DNA of 64,000 nt, taken from the NCBI GenBank assembly GCA_964019335.1, contig OZ025740.1, positions 310,001-374,000 of the forward strand. The letters are read 5' to 3'. This DNA comes from Diplonema japonicum. Taxonomy: Eukaryota; Protista; Euglenozoa: Diplonemea. The position numbers and the translations under genes were made by a program. The notes beneath the pieces were generated by a model, which saw only the letters and a program-made list of their open reading frames with translations, was not told where the DNA came from and did not search any database. Positions 52,520-63,847 of the stretch are shown piece after piece. The first letter of the stretch is position 1. Each line of letters starts with the position of its first letter.

Positions 52520-55189
52520 ATGCGTCTGCTTGCGTTGTTGTCGCTGCTGGCGACCTGTTGTGGGAAGCGGTACTTCGCCGACACAGCACTGTGGCACCAA
52601 GACCGGTCCGGGTCTGCGAAGCACCCCGACTCCGACAGGGTGATAGCGTGGATGGAGGCGGGGAACGGGTTCGGGACGGCGAACCAGTTTCGAGCGGACC
52701 TGTCGTTCCATCTGTTTGAGGTGAACGGGAGCACACCGTGGCGGGCCTTCACGAAGACGTCGGAGTTCTACGACGGGGAGTGCGACCATGCGGTGATGCC
52801 GGTTCCCGAGTTTGGGAGGATCGAGGGGGAGGCGGACTACCACTGCGCAGGGGGCGGGGACTGCCACCTCCTCGCAGTCGACTACTCGAAGAACAAGATC
52901 TACGAGATGTGGAGGGCGGAGATCGGGAACGGGCGCTACAACGGGAACCCCTTCCACGGGGGGTGCACGTCGGTGTGGGACATGTCGGAGGCCTATGGGT
53001 GGGACGTTCCGGTGTCGGATTTTTCGAACTACGGGAGGGGGCTGGACTGCACGAGCGCGGACGCGGCGGGGATCCCGATCACCCCGATGCTCTTCACGGC
53101 GGACGAGCTCGCGAGCGGGGTGATCGACCACGCCCTGCGCTTCGTGCTCCCGAACAAGAACCTGCGGGCCCGAAAGTACGTGTACCCGGCGACCCACTCG
53201 ACGAACCCGACGAGGGGCCCGGACTCGGCACCACCCTACGGGGCGCACCTCCGTCTGAAGTCGATGGCGGACCTGCAGGCGCGAAACCCGTCTGTCGACT
53301 TCGGGAAGCTCCCTTCGGGGGCACAGGTCATCATCACCGCCCTGCAGACGTATGGGATGTTCATGGCAGACGGGGGAAACGTCCCGCTCATCGGGCTGAG
53401 CGACCACTACACGACCGCGAAGTACTGGGACCGCGCGAACTACGCCTACGGGGACGAGGACCCCAACAGGCTCTTCCACGAGCACGACCTGAAGTTCCTC
53501 TCCCCGGGCGACTTCGACATGCTCGACAACGGTGGGCCCGTCCGCTCCCTCGGTGACGTCGGTTGCTCCCTCCGCTTTCCCTGGTCGGAGCCCACCAACG
53601 CTCCCCCGGTTCCCCTCTCTCCTTCTCCCGACACACCTGCCCCGGCCACTCCTTCTCCTGCAACACCAGCTCCTCTGACACCTTCTCCGAACACACCTGC
53701 ACCGGTCACACCTTCTCCAGACACACCTGCTCCGAACACACCAGCTCCTCTGACACCTTCTCCGAACACACCTGCACCAGTTACTCCTTTTCCTGCAACA
53801 CCAGCACCTTTGACACCTTCTCCTGACACTCTTTCTCCAGTCACCCCTTCTCCCGACACACCTGCCCCAGTCACTCCTTCTCTAGACACACCTGCTCCGG
53901 CCACTTTAGCTCCTCTGACACCTTCTCCGAACACACCTGCTCCTCTGACACCTGCCCCGGTCACTCCTTTTCCTGCAACACCAGCTCCTCTGACACCTGC
54001 ACCGGTCACTCCTTCTCCCAACACACCCGCTCCGGCCACTCCATTTCCCTCTACCCCAACACCTCTGACACCTTCTCCGAACACTCCTGCTCCAGTTACT
54101 CCCTCTCCAGACACCCCTTTTCCTGCAACACCAACACCTCTGTCAGCTTCCCCAAAGACATCTGCTCCTGACACACCTGTTCCGGTTACAGGTCACCCTA
54201 CGTCACAGCTACCTGTGACCCCAGCTCCGCTCACTCCTTCTCCGAAAACACCTGCCCCCGACACACCTTCCCCTGCTACTCCATCACCCCCAACACCTTC
54301 CCCTAACAAACCTTCTCCTGCTACTCCAGCACCCTTGACACCTTCTCCCGACACACCAACTCCTGCTACCGCACCTTCTCCGGTGACCCCTTCCCCAGAA
54401 ACAAGCGCACCAGACACTCTGGCACCCGTGACTGGCCTTCCAACAAGTGCAACCATGAACCCCTCACCTGTGACCCTGGCACCCTCCACACTGGGACCTC
54501 TTCCTGCAGGGACCACTTACTCCCCTGGGACAACAGCCCTTCTTGCAACACAGGCACCTGACACGAGCTCACCTTCATCCTCAGTTCCCAAGACGGCAAC
54601 ACCTTCAACCCTCGCACCACTCCCCCCTGGAACCACTAACTCCCCAGGGACAACAGCAGTCCCTGCACCACAAGCACCTGACACGAGTGCTCCTTTGACT
54701 TCAGTTCCCACGACAGCATCATCTTCAACACTCGCACCGTCACCCCCTGGAACCACCTATGCACCTGGGACAACAGCCCTTCCTGCAACACAGGCACCTG
54801 ACACGAGCTCACCTTCCACAAGTGTGCCAACAGCTGTACCTGCTGGGTCTGCCACAAAGGTGCCGAGGACGACGACAGGTTCTCCTGCTGCTGCGACAGA
54901 TGCCCCGAAGACGGATTCCCCTGTTGTCGGTGGGGAGAAGACGGAGGCACCTCAGACCGAAGCTCCCGATGGTGGTGATGGGGTGGCGTGGTGGGTCATT
55001 GTCCTCATTGCGGCCTTGGTGCTGGGGTCGTGTGGTGGTGCTACCTTGCTGTGGAAGCAGAGGGGGAGGAAGGGAGAGGTGACACTTACCGAGATGCTGA
55101 AGGAAGTAGAAGCCACGGAGCTCAGCCTGCCACGCCAAGATGGGCACCAGCTGATGGCAGGGACAGGGTACGTCCCCACCCGTATCTAA
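52520..55189 (+). CDS. Surface protein paralog 3 (889 aa)
   Basis: Head apparently identical to paralog 2, intermediate stalk, tail as in paralog 2. Confidence 0.88.
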   Translation: MRLLALLSLLATCCGKRYFADTALWHQDRSGSAKHPDSDRVIAWMEAGNGFGTANQFRADLSFHLFEVNGSTPWRAFTKTSEFYDGECDHAVMPVPEFGRIEGEADYHCAGGGDCHLLAVDYSKNKIYEMWRAEIGNGRYNGNPFHGGCTSVWDMSEAYGWDVPVSDFSNYGRGLDCTSADAAGIPITPMLFTADELASGVIDHALRFVLPNKNLRARKYVYPATHSTNPTRGPDSAPPYGAHLRLKSMADLQARNPSVDFGKLPSGAQVIITALQTYGMFMADGGNVPLIGLSDHYTTAKYWDRANYAYGDEDPNRLFHEHDLKFLSPGDFDMLDNGGPVRSLGDVGCSLRFPWSEPTNAPPVPLSPSPDTPAPATPSPATPAPLTPSPNTPAPVTPSPDTPAPNTPAPLTPSPNTPAPVTPFPATPAPLTPSPDTLSPVTPSPDTPAPVTPSLDTPAPATLAPLTPSPNTPAPLTPAPVTPFPATPAPLTPAPVTPSPNTPAPATPFPSTPTPLTPSPNTPAPVTPSPDTPFPATPTPLSASPKTSAPDTPVPVTGHPTSQLPVTPAPLTPSPKTPAPDTPSPATPSPPTPSPNKPSPATPAPLTPSPDTPTPATAPSPVTPSPETSAPDTLAPVTGLPTSATMNPSPVTLAPSTLGPLPAGTTYSPGTTALLATQAPDTSSPSSSVPKTATPSTLAPLPPGTTNSPGTTAVPAPQAPDTSAPLTSVPTTASSSTLAPSPPGTTYAPGTTALPATQAPDTSSPSTSVPTAVPAGSATKVPRTTTGSPAAATDAPKTDSPVVGGEKTEAPQTEAPDGGDGVAWWVIVLIAALVLGSCGGATLLWKQRGRKGEVTLTEMLKEVEATELSLPRQDGHQLMAGTGYVPTRI

Positions 55190-56343
55190 AGTTGTTCTTA
55201 TTTCCCAACCTTTCCACCCCTCCTCTGACCCTTGAGACCTGACTGAACTTAGTTTCGGGCACTTCGAGGACATAGAGACTTATTAAACTTTCCCGCCTCT
55301 TTACTTTTTTCGTTTTCTGTTTGGGTTGAGGGGAAAGCAAGTAAAAGAAAAGCTGTTTGTCAATTTCGAATCTTTGTGTGATAATGTATTTGTTAAAGTT
55401 CCTTCCTCTCTTTTATAAGCAGCGATTCTATCTTGTTTTTCTTCTCTCCTTCGTCTTGCTTTTTTAGCGTAAAGAAAAGAGCCATATCTTCTTCATCTAT
55501 TAGTAGTTGTTTTCTCTCTTCCACTGTTTTAATTTCTACTTTTGTTTTTTTTATAGTGAATTCTTTTTTCTTCTCGGTTCCAACTGGAAAACTCCCCCAC
55601 CTTTAAAAGGGTCCACCCTTCTCCTTAAACGGAAAAAGGGAAAATAACAGAATGAAAAAGAAAAATAAGAGGTATTTCTGAGAAAACGAAAGCCTTTTAA
55701 TGTTATGCATTTAATTCTTGCAAAAAAAAAAAACTTTTTTTCTTCTCCAGTTTCATTCCTTTCTGCTGTTTTGAAGACCCCTCAGGGGTTTGTTTACAAG
55801 AACAAAGCAGAGAGCCTGGACACTCTTTTTTTTTAAATTCTTTTTATGCGTATTCTTTTCCCCTTAACCTTTACCATCGAAAGAAAAAAGAAGGAAAAAA
55901 AAAAAAAAAAAAAAAAGGCAAATATCGCTGTATGTTTTTTTTTTTTCCCTTCCTTTTTTTTTTGATACTGATTCGAAAGGGATCAAAGAAGAAACAAAAA
56001 ACAAAAACACCCTCTAGCCCATGTGCCGCTCCTTCCCATTGGGTAAGGAGGACGGTATCACAGCACACGGCAGCCCCAATTGGGGGGCTCCGGTTGCAGG
56101 ATTTCGGGTAGCTATAAATGTAGGTACCCCCAAAACCAACAATCTATCAGAGAGGAGGCCTTCTTCCCTCTTTCTCTTTTCTATTTATTTTTCCTCCTCC
56201 CCCCAGAAAATCTAACTCCTTTTATTTCTGTAAAAAAAACAATATAAAATACGATTACTCCCCCCCTCCTCCCCTCCTGCTAGACGGCGCAAAACAAAAA
56301 TTCTTTTATTTTTTGTTAAGACTGAAGGTTCCAGAGACTGAAG

Positions 56344-56379
<36 letters not shown>

Positions 56380-56526
56380 ATCCGTCCCTTCCCTCTCCCT
56401 TTTTCCTCTCCCCTGTTATACTCCTTTATTATGGTACCATCATAATCATCCAAAAAAAAAAAAAAAAAAAAAAAAAGGAATTACACAAATAATAAAATAA
56501 ATAAAAAACAAGGCGACGAAAAGGCC

Positions 56527-57123
56527 ATGCATGCCCCACTTGCCTTGGCATTGTTGTTCCTGTCTGTGACATGTGCGGGTGACAACAGCCAGTGGTTGGA
56601 GTTCAGCAAGGATGACAGCAACATGAACAGGTTAAGGTGCAGTGTGTGCCTGCGGACGATGGAAGACGTGGCGGCACACCTGCAAGCTATCAAAGAAATG
56701 CGCGGTGCTGGCGTCTCGGGGGAGATGGTGGAGCGCTCCCTCAAGAATATGTGTGAGAAGGCGGAACATCAGTTCTGGGCCATGAAGTGGACCCCTGCAG
56801 GACCTGCTGAGCTAAAGTACCTCAAGAGGTACGACATCCACGAGGAGGAGGCACGCACCACTGCAGAGCTAGCCAACCTCGGTGCTGATATGGATATCCC
56901 TACCTTCAAGGACCCCGAGTCTTACTTCGGCACGCAGGCACAGCAGCAGTGGGCAAAGAAGCTTTACTTGTCAACCTGCAACGAGGTGCTTCAGAAGATG
57001 CCCTACACGAAGTGGGCCGCAGAAGGGACAACACCTGTGTACCCAAAGGACTGCCCTCTAGACACGTGTAAGAATGACCCCTCACTGCATGCGGTGTTCG
57101 TGGACGTGAACGGCCGGTCTTGA
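56527..57123 (+). CDS. Secreted saposin-B/Canopy-like protein
   Basis: Signal peptide plus six-Cys pattern CSVC...MC...TCNEV...DCPLDTC. Confidence 0.65.
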   Translation: MHAPLALALLFLSVTCAGDNSQWLEFSKDDSNMNRLRCSVCLRTMEDVAAHLQAIKEMRGAGVSGEMVERSLKNMCEKAEHQFWAMKWTPAGPAELKYLKRYDIHEEEARTTAELANLGADMDIPTFKDPESYFGTQAQQQWAKKLYLSTCNEVLQKMPYTKWAAEGTTPVYPKDCPLDTCKNDPSLHAVFVDVNGRS

Positions 57124-58886
57124 AGACATGAGGATTACCTATTTCCCTCTCCTTAGCAGGAAAAAAAAAAAAAAAAAAAAGTTAAAAAAGTTCTGGTTTT
57201 TTTTTTTTTTTTTTTTTTAAATTTCTTTTTTAAAGTTTTTCTTTTTTCTTTTTTACTCTCATTTCTTGAGATGCAAACCGGCTTATAAATAGTGTCCTTG
57301 ACGGTGAGAACTCTGTTGTTCCTTGGTTTTGTTTTATCAAGCTGTTCTCCTTGTCGTGGCGTTGCAAGCATGGCAAAGGGCTTGGGCTCCCCGTGTCTGG
57401 GGTCCCTTCACCTTGCTGTGGGGATGCAGCCACGGCACCCACAAGAACCAGCCAGCTAGAAATCAACTGAGGCAAAAGCATGTTTTCAGTTCCCCGGGTT
57501 ACTTTCAGTTATAATACCCAACAAACAAAGCTGACTGCTGCATGATGTTCCGACACGGCACGGTAGGGGCTGGGGGATCCCAATTAGGTGTCCTGTTCCT
57601 TGCTGTTGCACCATATGGTCGGTTTTGCATCTAATGAGGTGACCATTGGCAGCGAGAATTCTGTTACCCTGGTTTTTGTTTTTTTCAAGTTGTTGCCACA
57701 TGTCGTGGCGTTGCGTGCTTATCTTTTTTTTTTGTTTTAAAGCTCCAAGCGTATGATGTTCCGTCACAGCATGGCAGGGGCTGGGGGATGCCATTAGGTA
57801 TCCTGTTCCTTGCTGTTGCATCAATGTCGGATGCATCTATGATGAGGTGATGAGGCAGCGAGATGTCCTTTTTCGTCTTTTTTGTTTTTATGGCATTACA
57901 AACATGGCAAGGGGCAGCAAGAATTCTGTTGTTCCTTGGATTTGTTTTTATTATTTTTTCAAGCTGTTGCCACTTGTTGTGGCGTTGCAAGCATGGCAAA
58001 GGGCTTGACCCCCCCCCCCCCCCCCCGTGTCTGGGGTCCTTTCATCCTTGCTGTGGTAGGAGCCACAAGAACCAGCCAGCTAGATATCAACTGAGGCAAA
58101 AGCATTCAGTTCTCCCCAGTACTTTCAGTTATTATACCCAACAAAGCTGACTGCTGCATGATGTTCCGACACGGCACGGTAGGGGCTGGGGGATCCCAAT
58201 TAGGTGTCCTGTTCCTTGCTGTTGCACCATATGGTCGGTTTTGCATCTAATGAGGTGACCATTGGCAGCGAGAATTCTGTTACCCTGGTTTTTGTTTTTT
58301 TCAAGTTGTTACCACATGTCGTGGCGTTGCAGGGCTTGGGCTCCCCGTGTCTGGGGTCCCTTCACCCTTGCTGAGGTAGGATGCAGCCACGGCACCCACA
58401 AGAACCAGCCAGCTAGATATCAACTGAGGCAAAAGCATGCTTTCAGTTCTCCCCGGTTTACTTTCAGTTATAATACCCAACAAAGCTGACTGCTGCATGA
58501 TGTTCCGACACGGCACGGTAGGGGCTGGGGGATCCCAATTAGGTGTCCTGTTCCTTGCTGTTGCACCATATGGTCGGTTTTGCATCTAATGAGGTGACCA
58601 TTGGCAGCAAGAACTCCGTTCCTAGTTTTTTTGTTTTTATCATGTTGTCGTGGCATTGCAAGCATGGCAAAGGGCTTGGGTCCCGCTATCTTTTTTTTTG
58701 TTTTAAAGCTCCAAGCGTATGATGTTCCGTCACAGCATGGCAGGGGCTGGGGGATGCCATTAGGTATCCTGTTCCTTGCTGTTGCATCAATGTCGGATGC
58801 ATCTATGATGAGGTGATGAGGCAGCGAGATGTCCTTTTTGTTTTTATGGCATTGCAAACATGGCAAGGAGCAGCGATGATTCTGTT

Positions 58887-58890
<4 letters not shown>

Positions 58891-58923
<33 letters not shown>

Positions 58924-59040
58924 TGAACAAGAAAAACAACATAATATTATTGATAATGAATTGTTATTGCTAAAAAGAGTAGTGGTAGCATTGTTGGGCT
59001 TATCCTTCTACAGGTTAACCCCCCTGCTGTGCACAAACAA
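58891..59040 (-). mobile_element. Poly(A)-tailed SINE-like repeat, inverted
   Basis: Reverse complement of the 20551 element, preceded by a 30-nt T run. Confidence 0.65.
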
Positions 59041-59495
59041 AAAATTTACCCGCCAGCTAGATATCAACTGAGGCAAAATACCCAACAAACAAAGCTGACT
59101 GCTGCATGATGTTCCGACACGGCACGGTAGGGGCTGGGGGATCCCAATTAGGTGTCCTGTTCCTTGCTGTTGCACCATATGGTCGGTTTTGCATCTAATG
59201 AGGTGACCATTGGCAGCAAGAACTCCGTTCCTAGTTTTTTTGTTTTTATCATGTTGTCGTGGCATTGCAAGCATGGCAAAGGGCTTGGGTCCCGCTATCT
59301 TTTTTTTTGTTTTAAAGCTCCAAGCGTATGATGTTCCGTCACAGCATGGCAGGGGCTGGGGGATGCCATTAGGTATCCTGTTCCTTGCTGTTGCATCAAT
59401 GTCGGATGCATCTATGATGAGGTGATGAGGCAGCGAGATGTCCTTTTTGTTTTTATGGCATTGCAAACATGGCAAGGAGCAGCGATGATTCTGTT

Positions 59496-59499
<4 letters not shown>

Positions 59500-59532
<33 letters not shown>

Positions 59533-59649
59533 TGAACAAGAAAAACAACATAATATTATTGATAATGAATTGTTATTGCTAAAAAGAGTAGTGGTAGCAT
59601 TGTTGGGCTTATCCTTCTACAGGTTAACCCCCCTGCTGTGCACAAACAA
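59500..59649 (-). mobile_element. Poly(A)-tailed SINE-like repeat, co-duplicated with the 609-bp unit
   Basis: Identical to 58891-59040. Confidence 0.65.
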
Positions 59650-60754
59650 AAAATTTACCCGCCAGCTAGATATCAACTGAGGCAAAATACCCAACAAACA
59701 AAGCTGACTGCTGCATGATGTTCCGACACGGCACGGTAGGGGCTGGGGGATCCCAATTAGGTGTCCTGTTCCTTGCTGTTGCACTAATCTCGGTTTGCAT
59801 CTAATAAGTGTCCATTGGCAGCGAGAAAATCCTCGAAGTTTTGTGTTCCTTTCCCCCTGCACACTGAAACCTTATCGAATTTATGTTTTTATCACACTGT
59901 TCACACGCGGGATGCACCCACGGGGTGTTGTGCAATTTCCGGCAGCTTGGAGAGAGCCAACAAGGTTTGCAGAAAACGACGGATGAGACGCCCTTTCCCC
60001 GCGGACGGGGCCAAGGGTCAGGTCGGAGGCAAGCCTGCGATAGGTTTCAGCAGTTTACTTTGAGTTATATTTTTAAAGCTGACTGCTGCATGATGTTCCG
60101 ACACGGCACGGTAGGGGCTGGGGGATCCCAATTAGGTGTCCTGTTCCTTGCTGTTGCACCATATGATCGGTTTTGCATCTAATGAGGTGACCATTGGCAG
60201 CGAGAATTCTTTTCCTGATTTTTTTAGGCGATCCTGTCACATACTGCAGGTTCCCTCAAAGACATCTTTTTTGTTTTTTTCAAGTTGTTACCACATGTCG
60301 TGGCGTTGCAGGGCTTGGGCTCCCCGTGTCTGGGGTCCCTTCACCCTTGCTGTGTGGTAGGATGTTTTCAGTTCCCCGGTTTACTTTCAGTTAAAATACC
60401 CAACAAACAAAGCTGACTGCTGCATGATGTTCCGACACGGCACGGTAGGGGCTGGGGGATCCCAATTAGGTGTCCTGTTCCTTGCTGTTGCACCACATGA
60501 TCGGTTTTGCATCTAATGAGGTGACCATTGGCAGCGAGAATTCTTTTCCTGATTTTTATTTTTTTTTCAAAGCTGTTGCCACATGTCGCGACACGGCAAA
60601 GGGTTTGGGTCCCGCTATTTCTTGTTTATTTAAAAGGGTATGGTGTTCCAACACGGCATGGCAGGGGCTCTCATTAGGTGTAGCTCAGGTACTCCACAGG
60701 TGGCAAAGGGAGGAGGAAAAAAAAAAAAAAAAAAAAAAAAAGAAAAAGGAAATA

Positions 60755-61348
60755 ATGACAGCTGCTGAGATAGAGCTTACCCGTCTGCGGGAGGCGGAGG
60801 CAGACATTCGTGCTAAGATTCGTGAGGTTGAAACCAAGGTAATTGATGAGAAATCACGCTCCCCTGACCGAGCCAGGCAGTACACCACTGTGGACGGTTC
60901 CGTGGGCTTGCAGCCCATCAGGGGCTCAGTCATGGCAGAGAGGGAGGCAAGCTTCGACCCTTCCCCGAGAAGAACCCGCAGAGGTGACAGCGAGATACCC
61001 AACACCTTCACAGGAAAGGTGCTTTGCAGAGATGAGTTTGGGTCGATCTCTCCTAAGAGAGAATACACCGACAGTACCTCACCTCTGAAGGCAAGCCCGG
61101 TGAACCCCACTACCCAGAAGCAGACACGTGCTGGGCTGTGGGATCAAGGAAAGGGGGCAAAAACACCTCAAAACTCCGTCCGTATGTTTTTGCTTTTCTT
61201 TTTTTTTTTTTTTTTTTTTTAAAGGGTAAAAGGTTTTTTTGTGATTTTGGTGGGGGGAACAAAAAAAAGAAATAACACAGCTTCAGCTCACAAGCGTACC
61301 TACCGTTCTTATGGTGACACCGAGAGGGCAGTACCTCCTCCTTTTTAG
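60755..61348 (+). CDS. Hypothetical protein (N-terminal coiled coil), 2 exons: 60755-61181 and 61281-61348
   Basis: ATG after an A-run. The GTATGT...CACAG intron 61182-61280 joins in frame to PSAHKRTYRSYGDTERAVPPPF*. Confidence 0.7.
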
Positions 61349-61622
61349 AATTGAGAGGAATGTTTTTACTTTTTTATTGTTGTTGTAAGTACCAAAAAAA
61401 AGGACCCCCCCCAATCCACTTTCGCCTCCCAACTTTATTTTCTTTTACCCCCGCCCCTTTCTTGTTTTATTTTTTACTGTGTTAAGCTACCTTGCCCCCC
61501 CCCCCCCCCCCCCCCCCTTCCTTTTTTTCGGAAAAAAAATAAAACCCTCCTGTATACGTTTTTTCTTCTTTTCTTCTTCTTCTTTTTTTTCTTTTCTCCA
61601 ACAAAAAAACAAAAGTCAGTTG

Positions 61623-61838
61623 ATGCAGTTTGTGCCCCGCCGTGAACGTCTTCTCCGCCTTCTTCAGGGTGGCCTTCAAGCAGGAGGTACTACCTATTTT
61701 TATACAACGACTGCAATTGTACCGCTGTGACTCTTTTCACACCCAGGAACACGCAATCCTCTACCGGATGAGCCTTCTCTCGTGGAGTGGGTACTCCATA
61801 ACGGAGAGAAGCTCGAGCTTCTCACCCTCGATAGGGAT
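61623..61838 (+). other. Two short coding-like exons joined by a 60-nt GT-AG intron (61687-61746), cut by a SINE-like insertion
   Basis: MQFVPRRERLLRLLQGGLQAG|GTRNPLPDEPSLVEWVLHNGEKLELLTLD. The intron contains an in-frame TGA. Confidence 0.5.
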
Positions 61839-61928
61839 AGCCGGGGGTTAACCTGTAGAAGGATAAGCCCAACAATGCCACCACTACTCCTTTTAGCACT
61901 AACAATTCATTGTCAATATATCCTTGTT

Positions 61929-61973
<45 letters not shown>
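61839..61973 (+). mobile_element. Poly(A)-tailed SINE-like repeat
   Basis: Same core as 20551, followed by a long A tail. Confidence 0.65.
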
Positions 61974-61976
<3 letters not shown>

Positions 61977-61997
61977 CAGCACACAAGAAAAAAAAAA

Positions 61998-63257
61998 ATG
62001 TTTCAATACCTACCACCTACTGGGAGTGCGCTGGTTGCGTGTGATGTCAATACGCCGCCTGCAAAGGTGGCAGGATGCCTGCGATTAGTGTGTCTATCCG
62101 ACACGCACTTGCAAGAGGAGAAGTTTGCGGTCCCAGCCGGGGATGTGCTGATTCACAGCGGGGACATACTGCTTCAGAGCTCTGAGCACAGTGCGGAACA
62201 TGCCGACCAACACTTCAGGAAGTTCTGCAAATGGCTGGAAGCGCAGCCGCACGAGAAGGTCATCGTGGTGTGCGGCAACCACGACGCCAAGCTCCTCGAC
62301 TTTGGCAAGCACTACATGCAGGAGACCCTTCCGAAGAAAGCTACTTACCTTGAGAACGAGACAACCACAATCTCAGGGCTCACCTTCTTCGGCTCCCCCC
62401 ACAGCGTGGGAGGGTCTACCAACTACGCATGGCAGCGCAGATCTGCCAAAGGGCTGTGGGATGACATCCCCTCCGAGGTCGATGTTGTGATCTCGCACGG
62501 CCCCGCGTACGTCAAGGGGCACTGCAAGTTCTCCAAGGAACCAGAATGGATCGCCGCGTTGCAGGACTCGAAAGCCTCGTATCACATCTGCGGGCACCTT
62601 CACTGGGCATACGGCTTGCTGCATCTTCCCGCCAACGATCCTTCAACTTTGATATCTTGCGTCTGTGCCTCCAGCATGGACGGCTCGTACCAACCCACCA
62701 ACCAGGCAGTCGTCATCGATGTGCCTGTGAACCGGTCGGAACGCATCCACCCGCTCAGCCCGATCGGGAAGAAGGTGTTACTGTTCTGCGTGAACCGCAA
62801 CAAGGATTATGACACTATCATATACGTGTTGAGAAAGACCTTGCAGACGCTGTTCACCGTGTACATAGCTAAGGGACCTGAAGATGCGGCAAGTGTTGTG
62901 TCGAAAGTGCACAGTGAGGGGAGAACCGTCGCTGCCTTCATCGGATTCGGCGAGGATTCCATCGGAGTCTTGGAGTGCTTCAAAGGCTACGGGACGCCGC
63001 CCCACATAACGGTGATGAGCCGGTACTGTTGCGGGTCGGGGGAGAAGCGAAAGCGTGCGCACTCACGTGGTGTCCACCTTGTTGCCTACAAGGACTCAGC
63101 GGAGAACGACATTGCAGGGTTCTGTTGTCTTGCCTATGATGTCGGGCGTACTGCGGCCCCTGCACAGCTGTCCATTCGTAGCAGTAATGTGTCGTTTATG
63201 CATCCTGTGATAAAGGCATGCAGACATCCCGTCCTTGCCCCTGGGGTTAGCATTTGA
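61998..63257 (+). CDS. Calcineurin-like metallophosphoesterase (MPPED/239FB-like) with an extra C-terminal alpha/beta domain
   Basis: LSDTH, HSGD, CGNHD, SHGP and CGHLH motifs. Likely start MFQYL at 61998. Confidence 0.88.
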   Translation: MFQYLPPTGSALVACDVNTPPAKVAGCLRLVCLSDTHLQEEKFAVPAGDVLIHSGDILLQSSEHSAEHADQHFRKFCKWLEAQPHEKVIVVCGNHDAKLLDFGKHYMQETLPKKATYLENETTTISGLTFFGSPHSVGGSTNYAWQRRSAKGLWDDIPSEVDVVISHGPAYVKGHCKFSKEPEWIAALQDSKASYHICGHLHWAYGLLHLPANDPSTLISCVCASSMDGSYQPTNQAVVIDVPVNRSERIHPLSPIGKKVLLFCVNRNKDYDTIIYVLRKTLQTLFTVYIAKGPEDAASVVSKVHSEGRTVAAFIGFGEDSIGVLECFKGYGTPPHITVMSRYCCGSGEKRKRAHSRGVHLVAYKDSAENDIAGFCCLAYDVGRTAAPAQLSIRSSNVSFMHPVIKACRHPVLAPGVSI

Positions 63258-63847
63258 ATAATTTCTGCGCTTTTTTTCCCCTATTTTTTTTTTCCCTTCT
63301 GAACAACAATACGGTGCTGTAAACCAAGAAGTCAAAGATAACCGGGAAAACTAATTTCCCAATTTCCCCTCCCACTATTTTTTGGGTGAATTATTGGAGT
63401 TTTTCGTTTTTGTTTTGATGTTGGTGTGTGTACATGGTTCCTCGTCTAGCCTACCTTCATTAACCCCAAGAAGTATCCCAGCGTGTCTTGGTTGGAGCCA
63501 AACAGGGCGTAAAACTCCCCCGAAAAAGATTTCACTACGAATCACAATTCTTTTCTTGGTTTACAGTATTGCTATAAAAAGAAAAAAAAGGGTCGAGGCA
63601 CCCCCCCCCCGACTTTTGCACAAACAACTCTTTTTTTCTTTTTTCCCGTTCTCTCTGCTTCTTTATCCCTATCCTGCTTTTTTCCGTCTCCATATTACCC
63701 TGAGAATCGGAATTCTTTTATTTCCTTCGCCTTTTTCGGGTTTGCGGGCTTTCTATTTTTTCTTCTGCTTCCCGTTTCTTTTCCTTATGTGTTTTTTTTT
63801 TTTCCCCCCCCTCCAATTTATTTTCGCCCCTTTCCTCAGGTCCCTTC

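Larger units (their letters stand above)
57305..60685. repeat. Complex tandem array of two related unit types with interspersed modules
   Basis: AAAGCTGACTGCTGCATGATGTTCCGACACGG... at about 57527, 58143, 58482, 59091, 59700, 60075 and 60409. Variant AAAGCTCCAAGCGTATGATG at about 57740, 58705 and 59314. A near-exact 609-bp duplication is included. Confidence 0.9.
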
